From: Chiloscyllium plagiosum
Taxonomy: Eukaryota
DNA: 28,518 nt
Direction: 5' to 3'
Assembly: GCF_004010195.1 (NCBI RefSeq)
Contig: NC_057711.1
Coordinates: 69,568,059 to 69,596,576 of the forward strand
Shown here: one piece after another, positions 1 to 9,426 of the stretch
Position numbering within the stretch: the stretch's first letter is position 1
Layout: every line of letters starts with the position of its first letter
Made by a program: the position numbers and the translations under genes
Notes under the pieces: generated by a model
What the model was told of the DNA's origin: nothing
The model's database searches: none
The model's input: only the letters and a program-made list of their open reading frames with translations

Positions 1-1542
1 TCATCAAGTAACATCATAAAATGACAGTGGACTAATTTTCTTATAAGTGACAGATTTAACATATTTAGAAATAATGCCTACGTTTTACATATTTGCAACA
101 GATCTATGAAGAAAACATAATGTTGATAATCCTGCCAAAATGACCCATTTCTTGGTATTAACCAAACTTGGTAGCTTTCTCACTCTTTGTTTAATTATCA
201 TCCTTTTTCTCGCCTTGCACCTTATTTTATTGATCTGTGTATGGCTTGTGACTGCATATTCCTGAAGGGATTGAAATTGCAAGTCCCAGCAAGCCTCAGA
301 GACCTTGAGATTGATTGGCTCATTTGCACCTCAGTGGAATCCTCCTTACACCAGAGCATCATTTAGGTCTGTGTTCTTCCATCTACCTTGTTTGCTGTAA
401 ATAGCTGCTCATTATGTCAGGTCAGGCTAGTGCTGTGGCGTCATGGCTCAGTGATCGTGAGCAGCTTGCAGAATACTGCAGGGAAGCCTCTTGGGAAAAA
501 GACATGTCTCAGGCTTTGTAGTTGTCAAGGTTATAAGCGACAGTTTAGCTTGAAGGTTTAAAACGCACTAGCAAAACCCTAACTTCTCTGGCAAATGACT
601 TTACAACGAGTTGACACTTGGTTTGAAATAAGACAGATGTTGGTGCAGTTTTCTTCAAGTTTGCTCTAATTCTAGGAGGTCCAATTCACCAAACTTAATC
701 CTCTACATCAGCTGAAGACTGACAGTGTGAGACAGGCCCATTTATTTTTGTAAACACTGTGACTGAATAATTTTCACCATTGTTTGATTCCACTGCTTTA
801 ACTCATTGAGAAAAAAAGTGTATGCATTGGCCTATAAGATGTTATATTTTTTGAGACACTGAATTTAAACATACTTTCATGTGAATTCATCACTCCATAT
901 TTGACTTCAGCAACAGTGCAACTACAATACAATCAAATTGTACTGCATGTTATGAGTTACCCAGCTGTTAAATTTCCTGAGGATCAATAGTCGATCTTAT
1001 CCTGATTCATATTAGGACTAGCCCGTTACAGAGTCATTTGCAACCCTATGTAACACAAGTGTTGTGCAATACATATTTGTAAGAAGTAGCGGGTTACATT
1101 CATTTTTGGTTGTGGGAAGTTTATAAATAATGGTTATCAATATGCATACTTTTCTGACACTTACAATTTGATCTACATTATGATTGTGATGCATTAACCA
1201 TCCTGTAAGTCCATAAATGTTTTATGATGTTTAATCATGTTTAATCATGTATTAATATGATGTAAAGTTCACAGGTAAAAAGTAGGTAAGTAAGATCAGG
1301 AATAAATCTTTTTGAAAGCTTTAGGCACAGAATAATTTTGTTTCTACATGTAATGGTTCTGAGCTACTTTAACTACAAAAGTACATGAAACTTGAAATGC
1401 ATGTATATGCATGAAATTAAGCCAATGACAAACACTACTTTGATTTCTTTTAATCGTTATTGTGCACTTAGAACCTTTTGTGTGTGATTTTATGATTAGT
1501 GATGTATCATGATACTATCTATTTTTAAGAGTCAGCTACTGA

Positions 1543-1556
1543 GTTACCAGGGCAAC
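1543..1556. promoter_or_regulatory. RFX X-box-like motif GTTACCAGGGCAAC
   Basis: 13/14 match to the palindromic X-box consensus GTTRCCATGGYAAC, in non-repetitive-looking DNA. A second, weaker site GCTGCTATGGAAAC lies at 1773-1786. Motif match only. Confidence 0.3.
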
Positions 1557-2649
1557 TGAATATAGTTCCATTCAATATTACTAAGTACAAATGAAGTTAA
1601 AATGTCTGGGTATTTCTTATTTCTAATTTGGTGATAGTCACTGATTGAACATTAAATAGAGTTAGAAAGCCAGTTTGCTGTTTCAGACACGAAAGGGAGA
1701 GACTCAATCTTTGTGCACAGCCAGCATTAACTTACAAGGATTAGATTGTCCGCCAAGTTGTCTGCACGATTTGCTGCTATGGAAACAATTAAACTTTCAG
1801 TTTCAAAGCTGGCTTCTCAGCCATGTTAAATGTAAGTAATGGTGACAAGAATTGCTGTGCATTTGATCCAAATGATGTTATTGTATCAGTTTTACAAGAT
1901 TACCAATTACTGCGGTAAGATTGATTCAAGTCTATGCTCTCTGGAAGTTGTACTTTGACTTATTCCTTCTGCTGCACAGCTGTACTTCAAAGGCCAGAAT
2001 TTTAGAAAATTGTCTCAATAAAAGCTACCATTAAGAAGTTCTTTTTCCGTAAGTCCTCCTGTCTTGTGAAACATGTTGACCTAAAGGATATGTCTCAGTA
2101 GGTAAGTTGATGTGCTTAATGTTGCTCCTACATTGATTGTTTTTTCACTTACTTATTCCCAAGGACAGCTTCAGTGATGTATCTGCTTTCAGGCCACTAA
2201 TATAACCCTTTTCGATGGGCCACGTTAGCTATTTAAAATTAAATAGATACTGAAAATAACTTGCTGCTGTGATAAAGGAACAGTTTTAAAATGTCCACAA
2301 AGGCTTTGTAAACATAACCGATTATCCTAGTATGCCAAAGGTTTTGATGATCATTAGTTCAATTATACATACATGACTAATTCCATTCCATTGGCATTTG
2401 AGATTATCTGTGTTACTTATTCAAGAAATTGTATTTTATTTATTTCAGTATGCATTCAACAACATTGAAGTAGAGGTCTGTTTTTGTGCTTTTAGGACAT
2501 TGACCATACCGTGGATGAGAGGAAGGGTGAATCAAGAGAAAATATCCTCTAAGCAAGTCCCCTTAATGGCCTTCAATCACCAAACAATTTAGGAAATATG
2601 GGATGTTATCACTGACTTTAAAATATAGTTCCCAGTCCACGCATGTAAA

Positions 2650-3270
2650 TACATTTACAAATGTTAGTTTGGAGCAGAAGTTGACCATTCAGTTCCTCAA
2701 GTTTGCTCTATCATTGGATAAAAACAGGACTTACTTGATTTATTCAACATTCCCAGCTACCCAGGATAATTATTCACTCCCCCTGTTTTTTGAGAATCTG
2801 TCTATCTCTGCCATAAAAATACTCAAAGATTCTGTTTCTACCACCTTTTGGGGAAGAGAGTTCCAAAGACTCTTAATCCTCTGTGATAACAATTTCTCCT
2901 CTAATTTGTCTTAAATGGGTGATCCCATACTTTAAACAATGGCCCTTAGTTTTATATTCTTCCACAAGAGGAAACTTCCTTTTTATATCCACCCTACTAA
3001 AACTCATCAGGATGTAATATATTGCCTGTTACTCTTTAAAATCTAGTGGATACAAGTCTGAACTGTCAAACCCTCTTTCGACAAGCCACACATTCTAGAT
3101 ATTAGTCTAGTGAACCTTCTCTGAACTACTTCCAATATGTTTACATCCTTCCTTACATTACGAGGCCCATTCTGTACTCAGTATTCCAGATGTGGTTTCA
3201 TCAATGCTCTGTGTAGCTGAAGCATTACCTCTCTACTTTTCTATTTAATTCCCTTCAGAATAGTAATATT
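2650..3270 (-). mobile_element. Old CR1-clade LINE, 3' fragment (ORF2 C-terminus and 3' UTR)
   Basis: The reverse complement resembles the C-terminal/3' UTR part of the CR1 copies elsewhere in the window (e.g. GAGTTCCAAAGACTC, GTATTCCAGATGTGGT = degenerate P-H-L-E-Y). It is similar to 6270-6890. Boundaries are approximate. Confidence 0.8.
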
Positions 3271-3596
3271 GGCAAGATCTTACTTTTTTTTTGGCTGAGT
3301 CCGAGTTAAATCATGTTTCTTGGAGAGTTTTTGCTGCAAGGTCTAGCGAGTTCTCTCAAAATGTCTTACTACCTACGCGCTCCCCCACCAAAGTATCCCT
3401 TGCATCCAATTCTGGACTCATCTTACTGTGCACCATTCTCAGAACAACTTATCAATCAGCAGACATTCCCTGAAAGACTTGCATATTTTGTGCCTGCACA
3501 ATCTTTGAAAGGCAGCAGTGCACCCTGACAAACATTGACAATCCACATTGTCACTCAATGGCTACATCATGACACATTAGGGAATATCACATACAT

Positions 3597-4175
3597 TGGA
3601 AGCACATAGATAGCCAATCATCTGTCTTTACTAACAAACTGCCTCCAAAACCATCGGCTCTTATCTTATTATTTAGCCTAATATGTGGTCCCTTACCAAA
3701 CATCTTCTGGAAATCTAGATTTGTTACATCCTCTGCTTCCCCTTTATCAATCCTGCCTGTTATCCTTGCAAAGAATTCCAATAGATATGTGAGACATGAT
3801 TTTTCATTCATGAAGCTGTGCTGACTGTCTTTGATCACATTATGCATTTCTAAATGCTCTGCCTTCGCATCATTTACAACAGAACTTTTGTAAACAAAAC
3901 TTTTTCCAATAACAGCCATTAAGTTAACTGGCCTTTTGTTACCTGATTTTTGTCTCCTTCCATTTTTAAATAGACATGTTACATTGGTCATTTTCCAATA
4001 CTCTGAGACTTTTCCAGAAAGTAAGGATTCTTAGACGATGACTACCAGTCTCTGCACTTACTTCTTTTAATATCTTAGGATACATCCCATCAGGCCCATG
4101 AACTTATTGGTCTTTAGCCCCATTAATTTCCCAAGTAATGTTTCTCTTTTAATGATAGTTGTTTTTGTTTTCTCT
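3597..4175 (-). pseudogene. Old CR1 ORF2 reverse-transcriptase fragment
   Basis: ORF 3587-3991(-) gives NVTCLFKNG..SGNKRPVNL, SQHSFMNEKSCLTYLLEFF and DFQKMFGKGPH, which are degenerate CR1 RT motifs (NYRPVSL, QHGF..KSCLTNL.EFF, DF.KAFDKVPH). It is collinear with 2650-3270, but the YADD-containing middle is missing. Confidence 0.88.
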
Positions 4176-4199
4176 CCTGTTTTTTGCCACTTGCTATTT

Positions 4200-4870
4200 T
4201 TGGAGCTGGGTAGTAGACTTTGGCAACATAGCTGGTTTTCCCAGAGTAGTGCATGACAATTGTGTTGAGACTGCCATATTATAACACAGCTGACTTCATA
4301 AAGAGAAAAGGATTCAATACTATGAGTGTGAAAGTAATCTATGATCATCAACATCACATCTGCACAAGGAACCCTGGGAGCTACCATGATGCCTTTACCC
4401 TTGTGAACTCCTATGTTACTGCTTCATTTGAAGGGCTGAATACCTTCCAAGAATGAATACTAGAAGACAAGAGCCACCCTTTGCAACCACGGGTGATGTC
4501 TCAACTACACAAGCCTCTGAATGAAGCTGAGGGTAAACAAAATGTTGCCAGTTCTTCAACCAGGGCCATCATTGAGCAAATAATAAGTCACCTGAGGATG
4601 AAATTCAGATGCTTGGAGCAGTATTTGGGGCCTTTGCAGTATAGTCCAGATAGAATGCACCACAGAATTCCTGCATGCTATGCAGTGCACAACTGGAGCA
4701 GGCCAAGATGAGATGGGATGGATGCAGAAGCAGACTTCAAAGGAGGTTAATGAGAACATTGAGCAGGAGAAGCATCACTTTCTGTAAGATAGAGGCCAAC
4801 AGCATCAGGGGAAACAAACCAGACGAGACTTTTTCAACATTTAATTGCAGTAATGCGAGCTGGGTGCAGT
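4200..4870 (+). pseudogene. Fossil PIF/Harbinger DDE transposase (HARBI1-like, DDE_Tnp_4 type)
   Basis: ORFs 4253-4456 and 4481-4711 are in the same frame, separated by a TGA at 4454-4456 (expected Trp). The joined translation contains FIKRKGFNTMSVKVIYDH, PGSYHDAF, *ILEDKSHPL (cf. WLLGDxGYPL), TRAIIEQIISHLRMKFRCL, GPLQYSP and ACYAVHN. An upstream frameshifted IAGFPRV lies at ~4228-4248. No TIRs were identified. Confidence 0.88.
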
Positions 4871-5665
4871 AATCGGTCTTTAACTGTAAATTTATTGTTG
4901 ATTGAAAGACAAGCAGTCCATGTCAATTCCTGAAAGCAAATGCAGATTTTTTTTTTTAATCTTTGCTTTCACTGTAACTGAATTAAAGTGAACATTTTCA
5001 ACAGTTTGAAAGCTTTTCAGCATGTGATGCTCCCATATTGAACAATGAAATTCTGTTATGCTACAATAGATGTTAGGGTAAAAGTAGTTCTCCCTTCGAC
5101 ATTGAGCTAAGGATGGTTTATCTCTGTAGCTTGGTTCTTACAGCTGCAGTTGCAATGATCCTGTCAGGCCTTGCTTAGTGATGGTCCATTAAGGAAAGTC
5201 TTAAGTTGACGTTGAAGTATCTTGATGGCTGGCTGCACATTTTTTAGTCACAGTTTCTCAGTCATTCATAACCATCAAACAGCAGTTGCACTTTAGCAGA
5301 GGGACAGAATGCAGATTTTGCATCAGAATGGTGACCCATCTTCCTCACCTAACAAAGCCCTCAAATCTACAGGAAGGGATGGTATAAATCAAGCAGCGCA
5401 GGTGGAGACAACAGTGACAAAGGCCTCTCAATATAAAGTAATCTCTGGAGAGAGGTCACTCAGTCCCATTGAGAAACAAAGTTGAATCTTCCATTAATGT
5501 AGCACTTTGAAAAAACTGGTAGTAAAGTCGCGAAGAGGAAAAAGTATTCATGTAGGGATATGTATGTGACACACAATTAAATGGATGCACTTTTTTGATA
5601 TCTTTGACTCTGATTTAACAACCAGGATGACATGTTGGTACTGACAGAATTTCAAGATGGTCATA

Positions 5666-5866
5666 GTTAAAAATCACACAACACCAGGCAATAGTCTAAC
5701 AGATTTATTTGGAAGCACTAGCTTTCATAGTGCTGCCCTTTCATCAAGCACTTGAAAGAGCAGCGTTCCGAAAGCTAGTGCATCCAAATGAACCTGTTAG
5801 ATTATTACCTGGGGTTGTGTGATTTTTAACGTTGTCCACCCCAGTCCAACACTGGCTCCACATCAT
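5666..5866 (+). mobile_element. Fold-back non-autonomous Penelope-like (pLTR-derived) element, family 1, degraded
   Basis: Imperfect inverted arms run from GTTAAAAATCACACAACACCAGG (5666-) to CCTGGGGTTGTGTGATTTTTAAC (-5830), followed by a ~36-bp unpaired 3' extension. Degenerate hammerhead cores sit at the apex. A probable eroded TSD is GATGGTCATA (5656-5665) / GATGGTAAAA (5867-5876). The Penelope assignment is inferred from architecture. Confidence 0.7.
5748..5781 (+). ncRNA. Degenerate minimal type I hammerhead ribozyme remnant
   Basis: GCAC-TTGA[tga missing]-AAGAGC-AGC-GTTCC-GAAA-GCTA-GTGC: helix I is GCAC/GTGC, helix III is the palindrome AGCT, and GAAA is intact. The antisense arm retains TTGATGA...GAAAGCTAGTGC. 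The core is mutated and probably inactive. Confidence 0.55.
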
Positions 5867-6269
5867 GATGGTAAAAAACATACAGATGATTTAACCCAGC
5901 ATGTTATTGGGATGAGGTCAGCAAAACTGTTTGTGAAAACATTTACGATTCGTTTTTATCTGGAAGGTCCTATTATTATTACATCAAAAGATTGGGCTGT
6001 GCATAAACACACAACCTTCCTCTTACTTCACCAAATCTGGGACAGCCTTTGACAGGGTTGAGGAAAATGCCTGTATTTTGTATCTGAGCTGGAGGGGAGC
6101 AGGGAAATGATGACGGACAAAATGCTGCCGTGAGAAAGGTGTATATTAAAGGATAGCTGGCACAGTAGGAAGAAAGGGCACTGGCTATTTTGCTAAGTTC
6201 ACTTTGTCTTTTCAAAGCTATGGTTAATGCTCTGTCATACAAATATGGCAAGCTTGTCTTAAAGTAGTA

Positions 6270-7120
6270 ACATTCATGACAAAACAGTAAACCAGAGCAT
6301 ATTGAGTCTGCTCCACTATTCATTAAGATCATGGCTGATTATTTACCTCAACTTCACTTGGACATCCACTGTCAATGTTCCTTAGTTCCCCTACAGACAA
6401 AAATTCTATCTATCTCAACCTTAAATGTGCTCAACAATGAAGCTTTCGGAACCCTCTGGGGTATAGAATTCCAAAGATTCACAAACATTTGAATGAAGTG
6501 ATTTCTCCTCTTTTTCTGAAATGATTATCCAAAGACTGTTCCCTCCCTTGCTTTAGATTGCCCAGTCAAAGGAAACAACTTCTCAGCATTTAGCTGTAAA
6601 TCTTGCATATTTCAATGAAATAGCTGCTCATTCATCTCAACCTAAGAGAGTTTGGACTCAATTAACTCAGCCTACCAATGCAGGACAACTCTTTCATCCC
6701 AGAAACCAATTAAGAAAGCCTTCACTGTAGTTTGTCCACAGCAAGTGTAAACTTCAAAAGACATGCAGGCTGAAACTGTGTTTTCAAAACTCAAGGTGTG
6801 ATATCTCCAAATCATTAAATAATTGCAGTCAGAGTAACTTATTCCCATCCTCCAATCCCCTTGCAATAAGGGCTGACCTGCCATTTATCTTTCAAACTGA
6901 TACATCCTCTGAACACCTCTAACAAATCTTCCAAATGCAATTTCCCATTTGAAGAACAATTTCCACTTTGTCTGATCATGCAATGATGTGCAAATGTGTC
7001 AAGTCTCTATCAAGATAAATTCAAGCATTTTCCAATGTCAGCTAACTGCCTGTAAATTTCCTTTTTTCCTTCTCCCTCCTTTCTTAAGTAGCAGTTTTAC
7101 ATTTGCTAACTTCCAATCTG
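6270..7120 (-). mobile_element. Old CR1-clade LINE fragments (3' UTR/C-terminus plus a short RT piece)
   Basis: 6270-6890 resembles 2650-3270. 7025-7120 read on the minus strand gives DWKLANVKLLLKKGG..KGN..AVS, the CR1 DWR.ANV.PLFKKG..PGNYRPVSL motif. Confidence 0.8.
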
Positions 7121-7369
7121 ATCTCTTGGCTCTAGTATTAGTTTGAAAAGAGATAGCAAGGTGGATTTAGTACAGACACACTCTGCATGGGTCTTAGGTG
7201 GTGATTGGCCAGCACACACCAATTCAAGTGTTTCAAACTAAGTGCTCTGGAGCAAATCACACATGTTGTGGAATATGCATACTGTTGGTATCAGGTTACA
7301 ACTCAGAATGAGCTCCGAAGTCTCTCTGTAAACTGGTACTCATGGTAATGCTTTCCATGCTTTTTTGAG

Positions 7370-8150
7370 ATAAAAATGCCACTGGCAATCCAGTATTTAT
7401 TGCCCATCTCCATATTGCCTTTGCAAAGATGATGGCAGACTGCTTTCTTCAGCTAGAGTCTGTGTATATCAAAAATCCTTTTTACGTTGACAGTTTCAAG
7501 ATTTCCATTTTGGAAGGAATTATGATTACATGTCCAATCTGCTGCTGTACATGACTTGGAGGTGACGGTGTTCGTATTCACATGCTGTCCCTGTTCTTCA
7601 AAATGGTCTAGGCTGCAGATTTGAGAGTCAAGAGCAGGATGCTGGAAAAACACAGCAGGTTAGGCAGCATCTGAAGAGCAGGAGAATCGATGTTTCGGGG
7701 ATAAGCCATTCGTGATGAAGGGCTTATGCCTGAAACATCGATTCTCCTGCTCCTTGGATGCTGCCCGACTTGCTGTGCTTTTCCAGCACCCCACTCTCGA
7801 CTCTGATCTCCAACATCTGCAGTCCTCACTTTCTCCCTGTAGATTTGAGAGGCATTGTGAAATCTGTCTTGCTTCCTGGCCACACTGCATCCCATGAACT
7901 ATATATGCTGATGGATCATGGCAAGCTTCGAGAATGTTTGTGCAGCTATACCATTCCAGTCTGTGGAAAGGATTCCATCAGACTATTGACTTCAGCCTTG
8001 TGGGTGCTGTAGAGGTTTTGGTAAGTTAGAAGGAGAGATATTCTGTGGAACCCTGGGTTACTTACAACTCAAATATCCATGAATGTTTGTAGGCTGACGA
8101 GTTTTTAGTTAATGATGATCTTCTTGATATTGAAGAGGTAAAACCATCAA
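7370..8150 (-). mobile_element. Old L2/CR1-group LINE, 3' part (host of nested insertions)
   Basis: Alignable by eye to 16120-16800 (e.g. ATTTATTGCCCATC vs ATTTGTTGCCCATC). It is interrupted at 7628-7836 and continues at 12581. Confidence 0.75.
7628..7836 (+). mobile_element. Fold-back non-autonomous Penelope-like (pLTR-derived) element, family 2, moderately aged
   Basis: Imperfect inverted arms surround 7700-7720, followed by a 3' extension ending CTCACTTTCTCC. The 15-bp TSD is CTGCAGATTTGAGAG (7613-7627) / CTGTAGATTTGAGAG (7837-7851). Same family as 27155-27372. The mutated hammerhead core reads GTGATGA-A-GGGC-TTAT-GCCT-GAAA-CATC at 7712-7739. Confidence 0.8.
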
Positions 8151-8478
8151 TAGCCCCTCCATTTTGCCAGAGCGGCGAGGAGAGAAGGAGAGGTGAAGCG
8201 AGGGCTGCCGGGAAGGGTGAGTTTTCCCGCATTAAAAGGGACTTACCTTGTGAGTCAGGCCAGCATTTGCCAAGAGATGCGAGGGAGGAGAGAAGGACTT
8301 CTGGGAAGTCATATATTTGTGTGGTTGTGTTACTCGAAACACTACTCGGGTAGTGTCTCCCACCCATCCTCCTCCTGTAACGAAAAAAAGGACATGTGCG
8401 CCGGATTGGTAAGATAACGAGTTTTTTTTTATTCCTTATTTTTTTCAACAATCTCTTTGGGAATTTAGAATAGTGGGA

Positions 8479-9413
8479 ATGGAGGTTAGGGCAGTTGAAT
8501 GTTACTCCTGCAGAATGTGGGAGGTAAGGGTCACCACTAGTGTCCCTGCTGACTACATCTGCGGGAAGTGCACCCAACTCCAGCTCCTCGAAAACCGCGT
8601 CAGAGAACTGGAACTGGAGCAGGATGAACTTTGGATCATTCGGGAGGCAGAGGGGGTTATTGAAAGGAGTTACAGGGAGGTTGTCCCTCCTAAGGTACAA
8701 GAAAAAGGCAAATGGGTTACAGTCAGGGGACAGAAAGGGAACCGGCAGGCAGTGCAGGGATCCCCTGTGGCCATTCCCCTCAACAATAAGTATACCATTT
8801 TGGATACTGTTGGGGGGGCTGACTTACCAGGGGAAAGCACTGGGGTACAGGGCTCTGGCACAGAGTCTGTCCCTGCTGCTCAGAAGGGAAAGGGGAAGAC
8901 GAGCAGAGTAGTAGTCATTGGGGACTCTATAGTTAGGGGAACAGATAAGAGGTTCTGTGGGGACGAGAGAGGCTCACGGTTGGTGTGTTGCCTCCCCGGT
9001 ACCAGGGTTCGTGATGTCTCTGATCATGTTTTTGGGATCCTTAAGGGGGAGGGGGAGCAGCCCCAAGTCATGGTCCACATAGGCACCAACAACATAGGTA
9101 GGAAAAGAGATGGGATTTAAGGCAGAAAATCAGGGAGCTAGGGTGGAAGCTTAGAGCTAGGACGAGCAGAGTTGTTGTCTCTTGTTTGTTGCCTGTGCCA
9201 CGTGCTAGTGAGGCAAGGAATAGGGAGAGAGAGGAGTTGAACACATGGCTACAGGGATGGTGCAGGAGGGAGGGTTTTGCATTCTTGGATAATTGGGGCT
9301 CTTTCTGGGGTAGGTGGGACCTCTACAAACAGGATGGTCTTCATCTGAACCAGAAGGATACCAATATCCTGGGGGGGAAATTCACTAAGGCTATTGGAGT
9401 GGGATTAAACTAA
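8479..9413 (+). pseudogene. CR1 ORF1p: CxxC/CxxC zinc finger, leucine zipper and SGNH/GDSL esterase domain; one frameshift near 9115
   Basis: ECYSC...ICGKC and the LQLLENRVRELELEQDEL heptads; VVVIGDSIVRG (block I); HIGTNN (block III); after a -1 shift, DGLHLN (block V DxxH); stop TAA at 9411-9413. Confidence 0.92.
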
Positions 9414-9426
9414 TCCAGCAGGGGGA

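Noticed and set aside
140..265. 41-aa hydrophobic ORF (MTHFLVLTKLGSFLTLCLIIILFLALHLILLICVWLVTAYS)
   Set aside because: T-rich DNA yields hydrophobic codons by chance, and there is an in-frame stop upstream with no supporting gene structure.
436..480. TGGCTCAGTG resembling a Pol III A box
   Set aside because: No B box or SINE body follows.
1227..1256. Short tandem ATGTTTAATC repeat; also the 8-bp stem at 14173-14194
   Set aside because: Within chance or slippage expectation for AT-rich DNA.
5309..5485. 58-aa plus-strand ORF (MQILHQNGDPSSSPNK...)
   Set aside because: No recognisable homology and no convincing donor site, so it cannot be supported.
8062..8700. 212-aa minus-strand ORF
   Set aside because: Antisense to the CR1 5' UTR/ORF1, crosses the insertion junction and has no recognisable domain.
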